The notes under the pieces were generated by a model, which was not told the origin of the DNA, did not search any database, and saw only the letters and a program-made list of their open reading frames with translations. Of a stretch of 64,000 nucleotides of DNA, positions 27,547 to 39,128 are shown in pieces. The DNA comes from Gemmatimonadaceae bacterium (lineage in GTDB: Bacteria; Gemmatimonadota; Gemmatimonadetes; Gemmatimonadales; Gemmatimonadaceae). Where the stretch lies: assembly GCA_051859245.1 (NCBI GenBank), contig JBHYGA010000001.1, positions 1,469,722 to 1,533,721 of the forward strand. The letters are read 5' to 3'. A program made the translations under genes and the position numbers. Position 1 is the first letter of the stretch; every line of letters begins with the position of its first letter.

Positions 27547-28632
27547 ATGTCTGACGCCACTGCCATTGTCCCGCCGACGCAGGCGACTGCCTCTTCGACC
27601 GCCGATCAGCCGCATCCCGCACCCGAGGCGCTCACGCTTGACGTCGTGGTCACGCGCGCGGGCGTGGTGGAGTCCCGCCACCGGGTGCACGCCGCGGTGG
27701 TTCGTTTTGACGGTGTGTTGCTCGCCCAGGCACACGACGCGAATCTGCATACCTGGTGGCGTTCCTGCGCCAAGCCCTTTCAGGTCATGCCAATGCTCGA
27801 GGACGGCTCGTTCGACGCGCTCGGATGGGGCGATGAAGAGTTGGCCCTCGCCTGTGCCTCGCACGGCAGTGAACCCGAGCACGTGCGGGTGGCCACGGCA
27901 ATGCTCGCGCGCGTAGGGCTCACCGAGGCCGCGCTTGCGTGTGGTCCGCACGAGCCGCTGAGTGCCCGCGGCGCCGCGCTCTTGCGTGACGCCCTCGCCA
28001 CACCCAGCCGCATTCACAGCAACTGCTCGGGCAAACACGCCGCCATGCTCGCGCGCGCCGTATCGCGCGGGTGGCCGACGGACGGTTATCAGCTGGCCAG
28101 TCACCCCGTGCAGCAGGACGCGCGCCGCGCCGTTTCAAAATGGACGGGTGTTCCGGACACGGACATCGGCGTCGGGGTAGACGGATGCGGTGTACCCGTG
28201 TTTGCGTTGCCGCTGCAGAATATGGCACTCGCCTACGCGCGACTGGCGCACGAGGCGCACGTCAGTGATGGCATGGCGCGGCGCATCGTGCATGCGATGA
28301 CGTCCCACGCTCATCTTGTGGGCGGCACGGATCGGTTTGACACGCTGCTCATGCAAGCGGGGCAGGGCAACATTGTGGCCAAAGTTGGTGCGGAGGGCGT
28401 GCACTCGATCGGCGTACTGAACGCAGGTATTGGTATCGCGATCAAGGTGGAAGACGGAGCGCCTCGCGCGCAGTATCCCGCGGTCCTCGCGTGTTTACAG
28501 GTGCTGGGCGTGCTGCCGGCGCGTTTGGCGGAATCACTGATGACGATTGCTCTGACGCCACTCACCAATACGCGCGACGAAACGGTTGGTGCGGTGTTTG
28601 TACCCGGGCACGAGGTTGTGCAGCATGTCTGA
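27547..28632 (+). CDS. Class 3 (Rhizobium-type) L-asparaginase II
   Basis: RSCAKPFQ, CASH, NCSGKH, DGCG and KVGAEG motifs. Confidence 0.88.
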   Translation: MSDATAIVPPTQATASSTADQPHPAPEALTLDVVVTRAGVVESRHRVHAAVVRFDGVLLAQAHDANLHTWWRSCAKPFQVMPMLEDGSFDALGWGDEELALACASHGSEPEHVRVATAMLARVGLTEAALACGPHEPLSARGAALLRDALATPSRIHSNCSGKHAAMLARAVSRGWPTDGYQLASHPVQQDARRAVSKWTGVPDTDIGVGVDGCGVPVFALPLQNMALAYARLAHEAHVSDGMARRIVHAMTSHAHLVGGTDRFDTLLMQAGQGNIVAKVGAEGVHSIGVLNAGIGIAIKVEDGAPRAQYPAVLACLQVLGVLPARLAESLMTIALTPLTNTRDETVGAVFVPGHEVVQHV

Positions 28633-29338
28633 GCTCGTGCCGCGTGTTACTGAAATGTCCGGCGAGGAAATGATGATGTCTGGGCAGGGTGAGCAGACTA
28701 TCGTTCCGGCGTTGCTTTCGGCACATCCTGAGCGGCTCGACGTACCCACGATTCATCTGGTGCGACTGGCCGCAGTATTGGCCGGCGGCAGCGAAGCACA
28801 AACGCGAACCCTGCTGGCGGGGGCGGTGCACAGCATCAATCCGGTGTGGGTCGAAGAAGTGATTCTGCAAACGTATCTGTTTGCCGGATTCCCGCGGTCG
28901 CTGAATGCAGCGCGCGAATGGCGACGCCTGTCTGGCAGGCCGGCGCCGGAGTCCGACGAAGGCACCACGTTCGATGTGTCGCAACTCACCGCGCGCGGTG
29001 AGGCTACCTGTGAAGCCGTGTACGGGCGCTTCTACGAGCCACTCCGTCACAATATCAAAGCGTTGCATCCCGCACTTGACGCGTGGATGATTGTTGAAGG
29101 ATACGGAAAGGTGCTGGGTCGACCGCAGTTGGATCTGGCGCGTCGAGAACTTTGTGTGGTGGCCGCGTGTGCCATTGCTCGGCAGGACCGACAGTTGCAT
29201 TCGCATCTGCACGGTGCACTTCACGCAGGTGCATCACCAGCACAAGTGGACGCGGCGTTGCTCGCGATTGCCGACTTGCTGGACTCGGATGATGTTAAAC
29301 GATACGTGGGCCTCTGGGCTCGCGTGCAAGGGAAATAG
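28625..29338 (+). CDS. Carboxymuconolactone decarboxylase (AhpD-like) family protein
   Basis: EVILQTYLFAGFP, YGKVLGRP.LDLARREL and QLHSHLHGA motifs. Confidence 0.8.
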   Translation: MSELVPRVTEMSGEEMMMSGQGEQTIVPALLSAHPERLDVPTIHLVRLAAVLAGGSEAQTRTLLAGAVHSINPVWVEEVILQTYLFAGFPRSLNAAREWRRLSGRPAPESDEGTTFDVSQLTARGEATCEAVYGRFYEPLRHNIKALHPALDAWMIVEGYGKVLGRPQLDLARRELCVVAACAIARQDRQLHSHLHGALHAGASPAQVDAALLAIADLLDSDDVKRYVGLWARVQGK

Positions 29339-29341
29339 CGC

Positions 29342-30373
29342 ATGTTTATCGATCGCGTCATCGTGAAGGTTGAAGCGGGCACCGGAGGGTCGGGCGCCTG
29401 CTCGTTCCGTCGCGAGAAGTACTATCCAATGGGCGGTCCGGATGGCGGCGACGGCGGTCGAGGCGGCGACATCATCGTGCGTGGCGACAGCAATCTCGCC
29501 ACCTTGCTCGACTTCACCTATCGCGATTCATGGATCGCGGAGCGCGGTGAACACGGCATGGGTTCCAACATGACGGGGCGTTCCGGTAAAGACGTGATTC
29601 TGCCCGTCCCGCCCGGCACCATCGTGCGTGAGAAAGACACGGGCGAGTTCATCTGCGAAGTCATGGCCGATGGTGAGGAACACATCATTGCCAAAGGCGG
29701 CCGCGGCGGAAAGGGCAACGCGTTTTTCGTGACCGCTACGCAGCAGGCGCCACGCAAGTGGCAGCCGGGCGAAGAAGGTGAGGCCCGCGTGCTCGAGCTC
29801 GAGCTCAAGCTCATCGCCGACATTGGTCTCGTTGGTCAACCGAACGCCGGCAAGAGCACGCTGCTCTCCGTGATCTCCGCCGCACGCCCCAAAATTGCCA
29901 ACTATCCGTTCACCACACTCTCGCCGAATCTTGGTGTGGTGCCGCTCAGCGATCACCGCACATTCGTGGTGGCCGATATTCCCGGCATCATTGAAGGCGC
30001 GCACGAGGGGAAGGGCCTGGGTTTGCAGTTCCTTCGCCACATTGAGCGCACGCGCGTGCTCGCGTTCTTGCTCTCGATCGAGTCAGAAGATTGGCAAGCC
30101 GAACTGGATCAGCTGCGGCACGAAGTGCGCGAATACTCAGAAGAACTCGCGCAAAAGCCGTACTGTGTGGTGTTCACCAAGTGCGATTTGCTGGGCGAGC
30201 TCTACGTGCCGGAAATCAGTGCGCCCGGAGCGTTTGGCCTGTACGCCGTGAGCGCGCCTGGTCGGCTCGGCCTGGACGTGCTGCTCGATGCGTGGTGGAA
30301 ACGGCTGCTGGCGCTCCGCAAGGAAGAAGCTGCGGCCGCGCCGCCGGCACGTGTTGACGTCATGCTCCCATAA
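29342..30373 (+). CDS. obgE: GTPase ObgE
   Basis: MFIDR, GGPDGGDGGRGG, GQPNAGKST, YPFTT and DIPG motifs. Confidence 0.98.
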   Translation: MFIDRVIVKVEAGTGGSGACSFRREKYYPMGGPDGGDGGRGGDIIVRGDSNLATLLDFTYRDSWIAERGEHGMGSNMTGRSGKDVILPVPPGTIVREKDTGEFICEVMADGEEHIIAKGGRGGKGNAFFVTATQQAPRKWQPGEEGEARVLELELKLIADIGLVGQPNAGKSTLLSVISAARPKIANYPFTTLSPNLGVVPLSDHRTFVVADIPGIIEGAHEGKGLGLQFLRHIERTRVLAFLLSIESEDWQAELDQLRHEVREYSEELAQKPYCVVFTKCDLLGELYVPEISAPGAFGLYAVSAPGRLGLDVLLDAWWKRLLALRKEEAAAAPPARVDVMLP

Positions 30374-30383
30374 CGCGCCGCTG

Positions 30384-31442
30384 ATGGCCTCCGACGCCGT
30401 GCGTAGCGCCACATGTGATGCACTCACGCTATCTCTGATGGCGGGCGTTGGTCCAACGGAGCACAAGCGTCGTGTCTCCGAGCACGGGTCGGCCGCGCGT
30501 GCGCTGGATGCGTTTGATCCAACGGATGTGCAACGCGCACGATCGCGTGCGGAAGCATATCTGGAGCACACCGATCGGATCGGCGCGCAATGTGTACTGC
30601 CGTCGCACGCGTTGTACCCGTCGGCGCTGCACGCGCTGCACGCAAAACCGCCCGTGCTGTGGATGCGAGGTACGCCGGCCTACGCGACGCAACGCAGCGT
30701 GGCGATAGTGGGCACGCGCACCGCGTCGCCAGCCGGCCTGCGTTTTGCACGGGAACTCGCTGAGGCGTGCGCCGGTGCGAGCATCGCGGTGGTGTCTGGA
30801 CTTGCGCGGGGCGTCGATGGTGCGGCGCATCTTGGTGCGCTGAACGCGCGTGGCACAACGATCGCGGTGTTGGGCACCGGAGTCGACGTGCCGTATCCAC
30901 CAAGACATCGCGCGCTGCAGGAGCGCGTCGCCGACGAGGGGCTCCTTATTTCAGAGGTGCCACCCGGAGAGCGCGGCCACGCCGGCACGTTTCCGCAGCG
31001 CAACCGACTGATCGCGGCACTGGCCGAAGTCACGGTCGTTGTGGAGGCGGGCCGCGAAAGTGGTGCCCTCATTACGGCGCGAGTCGCCCACGAACTTGAT
31101 CGCACCGTGTGCGCTGTTCCGGGTTCGGTGTACGCGCCGGAGTGTGTGGGATCAAACGCGCTGCTGCAGTCGGGTGCGCAAGTGTTGTGCTCCCCCGACG
31201 ACCTGCTCGACGAGCTCAAGCTGCCCCGACGCACCGCACAGTCACCGCAGCTCGACGGTGATGCCGCGTCGTGCTGGGACGCGCTGCAACACGGAATCGC
31301 CGATGTTGGCGTGATCGCGCAACGCGCCGAGCTGGATTTGCGTCGCACCAACGTGGCGCTCGCGGCGCTTGAGCTGCACGGGCTGGTCGAAGTTGACTTG
31401 AGCGGCACAGTGCGGCCACTCGTTTCGGTTGCCAGCGGGTGA
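30384..31442 (+). CDS. dprA: DNA-processing protein DprA
   Basis: VAIVGTR, VSGLARGVD..AH, FPQRNR, VVEA..SGALITA motifs. Confidence 0.95.
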   Translation: MASDAVRSATCDALTLSLMAGVGPTEHKRRVSEHGSAARALDAFDPTDVQRARSRAEAYLEHTDRIGAQCVLPSHALYPSALHALHAKPPVLWMRGTPAYATQRSVAIVGTRTASPAGLRFARELAEACAGASIAVVSGLARGVDGAAHLGALNARGTTIAVLGTGVDVPYPPRHRALQERVADEGLLISEVPPGERGHAGTFPQRNRLIAALAEVTVVVEAGRESGALITARVAHELDRTVCAVPGSVYAPECVGSNALLQSGAQVLCSPDDLLDELKLPRRTAQSPQLDGDAASCWDALQHGIADVGVIAQRAELDLRRTNVALAALELHGLVEVDLSGTVRPLVSVASG

Positions 31443-32554
31443 GCACCGAGCGTTTCGTGTATGTGCACGTGCCGTTTTGTGCGCGACGGTGCAGCTACTG
31501 TGATTTTGCAATCGCTGTTCGAAAAACGGTTCCGGTCGCTGACTTCGTACAAAGCATTGCGCGTGAGCTGCGCGTGCGCGCGGTCGAGCCCGGCGCCGTG
31601 GATACCATCTATCTTGGCGGAGGAACACCCTCGCGCCTTGGCGGCGATGGTGTTCGCGCGCTTCTCGACACGATTCGCACCGTGCGCGAGCCGGTGAGAA
31701 CCGCCGAGTGTACGATTGAGGTCAATCCGGAAGATGTGACGGCGGCCGATGCGCGCGCATGGCGGGCTGCCGGTGTGAACCGCATCTCGCTCGGCGTGCA
31801 GTCGTTCAACGATCGCGTGTTAACGTGGATGCATCGCGTGCATGATGCATCGGCGGCAGTGCGCGCGATCAACACGCTCAGAGACGCCGGGCTCACCGAT
31901 GTATCGGTCGACCTCATCTTCGCCGTGCCCAACGAACTGGAACGCGACTGGGAACGGGATGTGGCGCTCGCGATGGAACTGCAGCCGACGCATTTGTCGC
32001 TGTATGGGTTGACGGTCGAGGCGGGCACGCCACTCGGGAAGTGGACCGCGCGCGGTGCCGTGCATGAAGCACCGGAGGAGGCGTACGAACGCGAGTTTCT
32101 GCACGCGCACGCGTCGCTCACGGCGGCCGGCTTCGAGCACTATGAAGTTTCCAACTACGGATTGCCCAATCATCGCGCCAGGCACAACAGCGCCTACTGG
32201 CAGGGTGTGCCGTATCTCGGTCTGGGCCCGTCGGCGCACGGATTCGACGGATCGTCTCGTCGATGGAATACCGAGGCGTATGCGCTGTGGGAGCAACAGC
32301 TTGCGCGTCGCGTCGATCCCGTGGGCGGCCTGGAAAAGTTATCCGCGGAGAACCGGGTGGCAGAATCCGTGTATCTGGGATTGCGCACGTCCGAAGGGCT
32401 GCGGCTACACGATGCGGAACGGGAGTTGGTGCGTCCCTGGGAGGAGGCCGGGTGGGTGTTTTACGCGCCATCCGGACGCCTTCGGTGCACGGCGCTGGGC
32501 TGGTTGCGCCTTGACTCGCTCGCCAGCGCGTTGACAGCACACCGAAGTCCTTAG
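31439..32554 (+). CDS. hemW: Radical SAM heme chaperone HemW
   Basis: YVHVPFCARRCSYCDF, GGGTPS, YEVSNY and HNSAYW motifs. Confidence 0.93.
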   Translation: MSTERFVYVHVPFCARRCSYCDFAIAVRKTVPVADFVQSIARELRVRAVEPGAVDTIYLGGGTPSRLGGDGVRALLDTIRTVREPVRTAECTIEVNPEDVTAADARAWRAAGVNRISLGVQSFNDRVLTWMHRVHDASAAVRAINTLRDAGLTDVSVDLIFAVPNELERDWERDVALAMELQPTHLSLYGLTVEAGTPLGKWTARGAVHEAPEEAYEREFLHAHASLTAAGFEHYEVSNYGLPNHRARHNSAYWQGVPYLGLGPSAHGFDGSSRRWNTEAYALWEQQLARRVDPVGGLEKLSAENRVAESVYLGLRTSEGLRLHDAERELVRPWEEAGWVFYAPSGRLRCTALGWLRLDSLASALTAHRSP

Positions 32555-32560
32555 TACACT
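32531..32560 (+). promoter_or_regulatory. sigma70-type promoter of hrcA (probably leaderless transcript)
   Basis: TTGACA (32531-36), N18, TACACT (32555-60); ATG 7 nt downstream. Confidence 0.6.
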
Positions 32561-32567
32561 TAGGGTT

Positions 32568-33608
32568 ATGGCATTTTCAGATCTCAGCGAGCGGGAGCGG
32601 CATGTGCTCGAGGCCGTGATTCAGGCGTACGTGGCCACAGCCGAGCCCGCTGGATCACGTGTGTTATCGCGTCGCTTTGCGCTGGGCGTATCACCGGCCA
32701 CGATTCGCAATACGATGAGCGATCTGGAAGAGAAAGGGTTTCTCTACCATCCGCACACGTCGGCGGGTCGCATTCCCACGGACAAGGCGTATCGCGTGTA
32801 CGTGGATTCCCTCATGCGTGTGGAATCCATTTCGGCATCGGAGCGTGATCAACTGGCGGCGCAAATCGCAGCCGGCGGTTCCGCGATCGAAGCGATTTTG
32901 CGGTGTGCGGCGCAATCGCTTGGCGTGCTCACGCAGGAGCTGGGTGTGGCCATGGGCCCGCGTTTTGATCGGGCCATTCTGCAGCGCATTGAGCTGGTGC
33001 GTGTGTCGTCCGAGCGCATTCTCATGGTGCTCACACTCGGCGGTGGATCGGTGCGCACGATCTTCGTCGAAGTGCCTGGAACGATCGCCGATGAAGCACT
33101 GGTGGAAGTGACCATCGTGCTGAACGAACGGCTGTCGGGTCTCACGCTCGACGAAGTGCGTTCGTCGCTGAGTAGTCGCTTGCGCGATGTGCCGGGCTCG
33201 CTGAACGCCACGGCACTGCTCAATATTTTCGTGCAGGAAGGCGAGCAGGTCTTTGCCCGTGCTGCGGAGCCCACGGAGAATGTGGTGCTCGGTCAGGCCT
33301 CGTTGCTGGCCGAACAACCGGAGTTTGCAACGGGTGAGCGCATGCGGCAGTTAATCGAACTGACGGAACGGCGCCACGAGTTGGCCACGTTGTTGCAAGC
33401 GCGCGCGGGGTCGTCGGGGCTCAACATCACGATTGGTAACGAGCATGGCGCGCCGGGTATGGACGCGTTCACGGTGGTGACGGCGGAGTATCAGGCCGGC
33501 TCCCTGTCGGGTGTGATTGGTGTGATCGGGCCAACACGCATGCCGTATCACAAGGTGGTGGCATTGGTCTCACACACGTCGCAGCTCGTTTCCGACTTGC
33601 TTAGTTAA
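32568..33608 (+). CDS. hrcA: Heat-inducible transcription repressor HrcA
   Basis: [23 protein letters not shown] and IGPTRMPY motifs. Confidence 0.97.
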   Translation: MAFSDLSERERHVLEAVIQAYVATAEPAGSRVLSRRFALGVSPATIRNTMSDLEEKGFLYHPHTSAGRIPTDKAYRVYVDSLMRVESISASERDQLAAQIAAGGSAIEAILRCAAQSLGVLTQELGVAMGPRFDRAILQRIELVRVSSERILMVLTLGGGSVRTIFVEVPGTIADEALVEVTIVLNERLSGLTLDEVRSSLSSRLRDVPGSLNATALLNIFVQEGEQVFARAAEPTENVVLGQASLLAEQPEFATGERMRQLIELTERRHELATLLQARAGSSGLNITIGNEHGAPGMDAFTVVTAEYQAGSLSGVIGVIGPTRMPYHKVVALVSHTSQLVSDLLS

Positions 33609-33625
33609 GACTTTCCAGACAACAC

Positions 33626-34756
33626 ATGGCTGATTTTTATACGACGTTGGGCGTCGCGCGCGATGCGTCCGATGAGGACATCAAGAAATCGTATCGCAAG
33701 CTGGCGATGCAGTGGCATCCCGACAAAAACGGCGGCTCGAAAGACGCCGAAGAAAAGTTCAAGTCCATTACCGAAGCGTACGACGTGCTGCGTGATCCGC
33801 AAAAGCGCGCGGCGTACGATCGCTACGGTGAAGCGGGGCTGCGTGGTGGTGGTGGCGGCGGTTTCGAACACGTGGATCTGTCCGAAGCGCTCAACATCTT
33901 CATGCGCGACTTTGGTGGATTCGGCGATATGTTCGGTGCCGGCGGTGGTCGTCGCGGCGGTGGACCGCGCGCGGGAACCGACCTCAAACTGCCGTTGTCG
34001 CTCACGCTGGAAGAAGTGGCCACGGGCGTCGAAAAAACCGTGCTGGTCAAGGTGCTCGATCCGTGCGACAAGTGCGAAGGCAGTGGCGCGGAGCCGGGAT
34101 CAAAACCCACGACCTGCAGCACGTGCGCCGGCGCGGGTGAAGTACGTCGCGCGCAGCGTTCCTTCTTTGGGCAGTTCGTCAGTGTGGCGCCATGTCCAAC
34201 GTGCGCGGGCGAAGGTGTAGTCGTTGCCAGCCCGTGTCGCGGTTGTCGCGGCGAGGGTCGCGTGCGTGGTGAAAAGACGGTGCGCATTCAAGTCCCCGCC
34301 GGTGTGGCCACGGGGCAGTACATGACGCTCCGCGGCGCCGGCAACGTGGGCCCGCGCAGTGGTCCGCGCGGTGATATTCTCGTGGTCTTCGACGTAAAAG
34401 AAGACGATCGCTTTGAGCGTGACGGTGAAGATCTGTTCTGCGAGGCGTTGGTCACGTATCCGCAGCTGGTGTTCGGTGCCGACATCACGGTGCCGGGCGT
34501 CACGAGCGAAATTTCATTGCGTGTACCGGAAGGAACGCAAAGCGGGACCGTGTTTCATTTGCGTGGACGCGGGTTGCCGCGTGTGAATGCCACCGGAACC
34601 GGCGACCTGCACGTGCGCGTGCAGTTGTGGACGCCGCAGGAGCCGTCGGATGAAGAGACGGCGCTGCTCAAGCAGCTTGCCGCAATGCAAGGCACCACGC
34701 CGCCGCAGCGCGAGAAAAGCATTTGGTCCAAGATGAAGGAAGCGTTAGGTGCCTGA
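33626..34756 (+). CDS. dnaJ: Chaperone DnaJ
   Basis: HPD J-domain, G/F-rich region, four CxxCxGxG repeats. Confidence 0.98.
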   Translation: MADFYTTLGVARDASDEDIKKSYRKLAMQWHPDKNGGSKDAEEKFKSITEAYDVLRDPQKRAAYDRYGEAGLRGGGGGGFEHVDLSEALNIFMRDFGGFGDMFGAGGGRRGGGPRAGTDLKLPLSLTLEEVATGVEKTVLVKVLDPCDKCEGSGAEPGSKPTTCSTCAGAGEVRRAQRSFFGQFVSVAPCPTCAGEGVVVASPCRGCRGEGRVRGEKTVRIQVPAGVATGQYMTLRGAGNVGPRSGPRGDILVVFDVKEDDRFERDGEDLFCEALVTYPQLVFGADITVPGVTSEISLRVPEGTQSGTVFHLRGRGLPRVNATGTGDLHVRVQLWTPQEPSDEETALLKQLAAMQGTTPPQREKSIWSKMKEALGA

Positions 34757-35585
34757 CGCTCCGTGGATTGCAGTGCGCGTGCGCCCGAGCAGTCAGGCGG
34801 TGCGCAGCGCGCTCATGCAGGCATTCTTTGATGCTGGTGCGCAAGGCGTGCATGAAGACGGCGAACAGCTGGTCACGCACTTTCCTCCCGACACCGATCT
34901 GGCGCACGTTCAACGCGTGCTGAACGCCGCCGACACGGGTGTGCAGATTGACGTGGCCGAAGTGCCACCGATTGACTGGACGGAGTCGTGGAAGACCAGC
35001 ATTGATGCGCATCAGGTGGGGTCGCTCGTGGTGACGCCACCGTGGCTGGCCGATCAATACGATGCGGCAAGTACTATCGTGATCGATCCCGGTATGGCGT
35101 TTGGTACGGGTGAACACGCGACAACACGCGGTGTGATGCGGTTGCTCGGCGCTGTGCTGCAGCGTGGCGACACCGTGGCCGATCTTGGTGCTGGCAGTGC
35201 AGTACTCTCGATTGCGGCGGCCAAGCTTGGTGCCTCGCGCGTGTACGCGATTGAGCTGGACGAGGAAGCAATTCCGAATGCGCACGAGAATGTGCAGCGC
35301 AACAACGTGGCCGACATTGTGCACATTTTTCAGGGCGGCGCAGAAGCGCTGCTTCCACTGGTCGCTCCCGTTCGCATTGTGCTCGCCAACATTATCTCGT
35401 CGGTGCTGCAAGAGTTGTTGCCCATAATCGACGCGTCCATTGAGCGCGGTGGTGCGGCGGTGCTGAGTGGCATTCTGCAGGAAGAACGCGCGCACATGGT
35501 GGAGGTGCTCACGGCGGCTGGCTGGCGCATCACAGCAGAAGACGCGGAGGACATCTGGTGGAGCGTCGCGATAGCGCGGGCCTAG
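34749..35585 (+). CDS. prmA: Ribosomal protein L11 methyltransferase
   Basis: [20 protein letters not shown] and ANI motifs. Confidence 0.95.
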   Translation: MPDAPWIAVRVRPSSQAVRSALMQAFFDAGAQGVHEDGEQLVTHFPPDTDLAHVQRVLNAADTGVQIDVAEVPPIDWTESWKTSIDAHQVGSLVVTPPWLADQYDAASTIVIDPGMAFGTGEHATTRGVMRLLGAVLQRGDTVADLGAGSAVLSIAAAKLGASRVYAIELDEEAIPNAHENVQRNNVADIVHIFQGGAEALLPLVAPVRIVLANIISSVLQELLPIIDASIERGGAAVLSGILQEERAHMVEVLTAAGWRITAEDAEDIWWSVAIARA

Positions 35586-36280
35586 CCGTCTTCTTTACTT
35601 CCGAGCCACTCGTTTCAGGTGCAACGTGTGCGCTTGGCGAAGACGAAGCGCGTCACATGAAAGTGCGACGCATTGATGTCGGTACGATCGTTGGCCTCTG
35701 CGATGGTGAGGGGGCTGTTGCCGAGGGGCGGCTGGTGCGACTCGCCAAGCAGGGCGCGCAGGTCGAAGTCACGCACGTTCGGCACGTGATGCCTCCGCGT
35801 GCGGTGCATTTGCTGGTCCCTGTGGCCGATCGCGACCGCTTGTTGTGGCTTGCGGAGAAGGCCGCCGAGTTGGCGTGCACCAGCTGGCGTCCGGTGCTGT
35901 GGCGTCGTTCACGCAGCGTGTCGCCGCGTGGTGAAGGCGTCACCTTTCAGGCCAAGGTTCGCGCGCGCATGCAAGGCGCACTGGCGCAGTCGCACGGCGC
36001 GTGGTTACCGCAGCTGTTTCCCGAAGCGCCGATTGAGCGCGCCATTCAGGCAGCGCCTGAAGGCGTTCGCGTTGTCTTGAATGCTGGCGGCGCACCACTG
36101 GCACGCACGCCCATTCCGACGGGCGACGTGATCATCGCGGTCGGACCCGAGGGTGGATTCGAGTCCGACGAGATTGAGGCGCTGCACGCTGCCGGGTTTG
36201 TATCCGCAGGTCTCGGTGATACGATCCTGCGTTTCGAAACCGCGGCTGTCGTCGCGCTAGGCGTTGTACGCGCGGGATAG
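35558..36280 (+). CDS. rsmE: 16S rRNA m3U1498 methyltransferase
   Basis: EKAAEL, VGPEGGF and ILRFETAA motifs; follows prmA. Confidence 0.93.
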   Translation: MERRDSAGLAVFFTSEPLVSGATCALGEDEARHMKVRRIDVGTIVGLCDGEGAVAEGRLVRLAKQGAQVEVTHVRHVMPPRAVHLLVPVADRDRLLWLAEKAAELACTSWRPVLWRRSRSVSPRGEGVTFQAKVRARMQGALAQSHGAWLPQLFPEAPIERAIQAAPEGVRVVLNAGGAPLARTPIPTGDVIIAVGPEGGFESDEIEALHAAGFVSAGLGDTILRFETAAVVALGVVRAG

Positions 36281-36350
36281 CACACACCGGTTTGCGCGTT
36301 GTGAACCGGCTGCGAGGTGCAATCGTCCGCCAGTGCTGGTCGTGGGACCG

Positions 36351-37859
36351 TTACGGAAGGAGAAAGATGACGGTGAGCAATCCGGAGAGCGTCATCGTCA
36401 CGGTATACGGAAGCGCCATCATCACCATCCGTCCGTACGAAAGCCGGATCAGCGGCGCGAGCGTTGACGTGAGAAGAAAGAGAAAGGCCGCCTGGCCGTT
36501 GGGCGTTGCGACGCTCGCCAAGTTCGTGCCTGCATTTACGGCAATCGCCAATCGGTCAAACTGTGCGCGCGTGATTTCGCCGGCCTCAAGCGCTCCGTGC
36601 ACCTCAGTAATGTAGACCGTTGCGACGAACACGTTGTCGCTGATTGCTGAGAGCGCACCGTTGGCCAGATAGAGCGCGCCCGTTTGCGTCGTTCCCTCCA
36701 GCGCGAGCACCGATTGCACGACCGGCTCAAAAAGGTGCTGATCGTGTATCACGGCGACGATGGCGAAGAACACAACCAGCAATGATGTGAAGGGCAGTGC
36801 TTCGGTGAATGCTTTGCCAAGCCGGTGTTCTTCCGTGACGCCATTGAGCGCGGTCGCAAGCACGATCACCGTGAGGCCGAGCAGACCCACCTCTGCCAGG
36901 TGAAACGCCAAACTGAAGACGAGAGCAAGCGCGATGAGTCCTTGCACCCAGAGCATCACGGCTTCATTCCCGGAACGCGTTTCTTCCGTGTGCCGCTCAT
37001 ACTCTTCGAGAATGGCACGCACCTTGTCGGGCAGCGGATCGCCGAACGAGAACACGCGAAAGTGTTCCACCGAAACACACGTGATCAATCCAACGATGAG
37101 CGTCGGAATCGAGACCGGCATCATGTGGACGAAGAACTCCTGAAAATCCCAGCCAGCAACTTTTGCAATCAGGAGGTTCTGCGGCTCACCGACCATGGTG
37201 GAAACCCCGCCGAGCGCCGTCCCGACCGCGGCGTGCATCATCAGGCTGCGCAAAAACCCACGAAACACATCGAGATCCGAACGGTCGAGCTCACCAATGT
37301 CTTCATCACCGGTGACGTCATGGTCTTGATGGTACTGCTTTCCCGACGACACTTTGTGGTAAATCAGATAGAACCCATGCGCGACCGTGATCACAACCGC
37401 CGTGACGGTGAGCGCATCAAGAAAAGCAGAAAGGAACGCGGCCAGCGCGCAGAAGAGCAGTGAAAGCGCTGCCTTATTTCTCACGCGCAGCAGCAACTTG
37501 GTGAATGAGAAAAGCAGCAGTTCCTTGAGGAAGTAGATGCCGGCAACCATGAACATCAGCAGCAGGATCACCGGAAAGTTCTGGACGACCTCCTCGTAGA
37601 CGGTTTCGCTTGTTGTCAGCCCCATCACGACCGCTTCGACCGCGAGCAGCCCGCCTGGCTGCAGTGGGTAACACTTGAGCGCCATCGCCAGGCAGAAAAT
37701 GAACTCAAGAATCAGCACCCAACCGGTGATGAACGGGCCGGCAGTGACGAGCAGCAGCGGATTGACAATCAGAAAGCCGACAATGGTGAGCTTGAACCAG
37801 TCGGGCGAATTGCCAAGAAAATTATCGGCGAGCGAAGCGGCGAGCGTCGGCCTGGGCAT
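36351..37859 (-). CDS. nhaB: Na+/H+ antiporter NhaB
   Basis: [42 protein letters not shown] and [15 protein letters not shown] motifs. Confidence 0.95.
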   Translation of the reverse strand: MPRPTLAASLADNFLGNSPDWFKLTIVGFLIVNPLLLVTAGPFITGWVLILEFIFCLAMALKCYPLQPGGLLAVEAVVMGLTTSETVYEEVVQNFPVILLLMFMVAGIYFLKELLLFSFTKLLLRVRNKAALSLLFCALAAFLSAFLDALTVTAVVITVAHGFYLIYHKVSSGKQYHQDHDVTGDEDIGELDRSDLDVFRGFLRSLMMHAAVGTALGGVSTMVGEPQNLLIAKVAGWDFQEFFVHMMPVSIPTLIVGLITCVSVEHFRVFSFGDPLPDKVRAILEEYERHTEETRSGNEAVMLWVQGLIALALVFSLAFHLAEVGLLGLTVIVLATALNGVTEEHRLGKAFTEALPFTSLLVVFFAIVAVIHDQHLFEPVVQSVLALEGTTQTGALYLANGALSAISDNVFVATVYITEVHGALEAGEITRAQFDRLAIAVNAGTNLASVATPNGQAAFLFLLTSTLAPLIRLSYGRMVMMALPYTVTMTLSGLLTVIFLLP

Positions 37860-37992
37860 TCAGGAGAGTCCGCGCTTCGAGAAACGATCCGGCGTGTGCA
37901 TGCGGTCGGGTCAGAAGGGGAGGGGGCGGCGCAGCATCGAAAGGACGGTCTGTCTGGGGAGGCGTGTCAACAAGGCTAACTGGTGGCACGGC

Positions 37993-39033
37993 TCACCGTG
38001 AGGGGGAGCGACGCGAAGGCAAGAGCACACCAAAACCGATGCCACCGGTGCGATGCGCGGAGCCGCCGCGAAAGCTCGCCGTGGTGTAGATGTGCGACAG
38101 CTCCACATACCGGGTGGATGACTGATACACGAAGCCGAGTTGCTGGCGGTACACCGTGCGCGACAGATCGCCGGTGGCGATAGTGTACGGATTGGCCCGA
38201 TTGAACAGTCCGCCTTGCAGCGTGGCATCGTAACCGACCAGTTGCAGTTGCGGCTTCGCGTACACAAAGAACGAGCGCGGCGTTCGCGCCACGCCCACGT
38301 CGCGCAACGTTGGCACGGGCGCGGCGACTGGCAGTCGTCCGAAGCGAAGCGTCGCGCCAACCGTTGCGGCCGTGTGGAAGGTGCCAACACGTGCAGCCGC
38401 CGTGCCTGACACATCGGCGTTCGTGCGGCTCCGAGTGAGCTGTTGCTCTGTTGCCACGTCGTAGTTGAGGATCAGATCATTCTGAATCTGATGCGTCCAG
38501 CCCATCGGGATGGTGTTGCCCGTCTTGCGATGCAGATACGTCTGTATCTCGCGTCCTCCCGCTGCCGGACCGATCACACCAAGCGTGAGTGAAGACGTGG
38601 TGATGCGGCGTGATGCCGTGTCGTTGGCGATGGCAAACGCGCGAAGTTGTTTGGTCCCCGCGTACGGACGGTCACCCACTGGTATCGTGGACTGCTTCAG
38701 ATCGCTCGACGTGTAACCGTTGTCTTCAAACGCGACACCAAAACGGGTGCGTGCACCGTCCGGCGCGTAGAGCAGCTTTCGGAGTGCGCGGATGTCGAGC
38801 CGCGGGTGCACGACCTCAAGAAGGATCCCTTGCGTGTAGAATCGATCAGTGGCCGTGAAGAAGTCGTTCTCGTACGTGAGTCGCCAGTACGATTCCGACG
38901 GCACCACGCGTTCGATGCCGGTGCTGTGAATTGCCTGTGCACGAGAAATCGAAGGCCACGCACCGACAACGGCGGCGAGTAGCGCGACGCGACACACGCG
39001 CGAGCGGATGGAACTGCAGAGTGAAGTATGCAC
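37993..39033 (-). CDS. LpxR-like (DUF2219) outer-membrane protein, lipid A deacylase family
   Basis: Signal peptide; YENDFF..TDRFYTQG, DRPYAG, GW..QI.N and TLQG motifs. Confidence 0.78.
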   Translation of the reverse strand: MHTSLCSSIRSRVCRVALLAAVVGAWPSISRAQAIHSTGIERVVPSESYWRLTYENDFFTATDRFYTQGILLEVVHPRLDIRALRKLLYAPDGARTRFGVAFEDNGYTSSDLKQSTIPVGDRPYAGTKQLRAFAIANDTASRRITTSSLTLGVIGPAAGGREIQTYLHRKTGNTIPMGWTHQIQNDLILNYDVATEQQLTRSRTNADVSGTAAARVGTFHTAATVGATLRFGRLPVAAPVPTLRDVGVARTPRSFFVYAKPQLQLVGYDATLQGGLFNRANPYTIATGDLSRTVYRQQLGFVYQSSTRYVELSHIYTTASFRGGSAHRTGGIGFGVLLPSRRSPSR

Positions 39034-39128
39034 GCTGGGCGTACGACGTCAGCACCTGCATCGGATCACCCGTTGAACCGGTGTGAGCGTCTTGTGTGCA
39101 CCCGTCGCGTGGTGAAGTTGCACCGTGC

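Noticed and set aside
22412..28632. Cyanophycinase plus asparaginase as one cyanophycin-degradation pathway
   Set aside because: The asparaginase is class 3 (Rhizobium type), not an IaaA/IadA isoaspartyl dipeptidase, and lies in a different transcription unit
32535..32603. CIRCE-like half sites around the hrcA start
   Set aside because: Only about 10-11 of 18 positions match; explained by the promoter and the LSERER codons
37860..37992. Possible Na+/Li+ riboswitch upstream of nhaB
   Set aside because: No nhaA-I/II or DUF1646-type consensus recognisable on the coding strand; needs an Rfam scan
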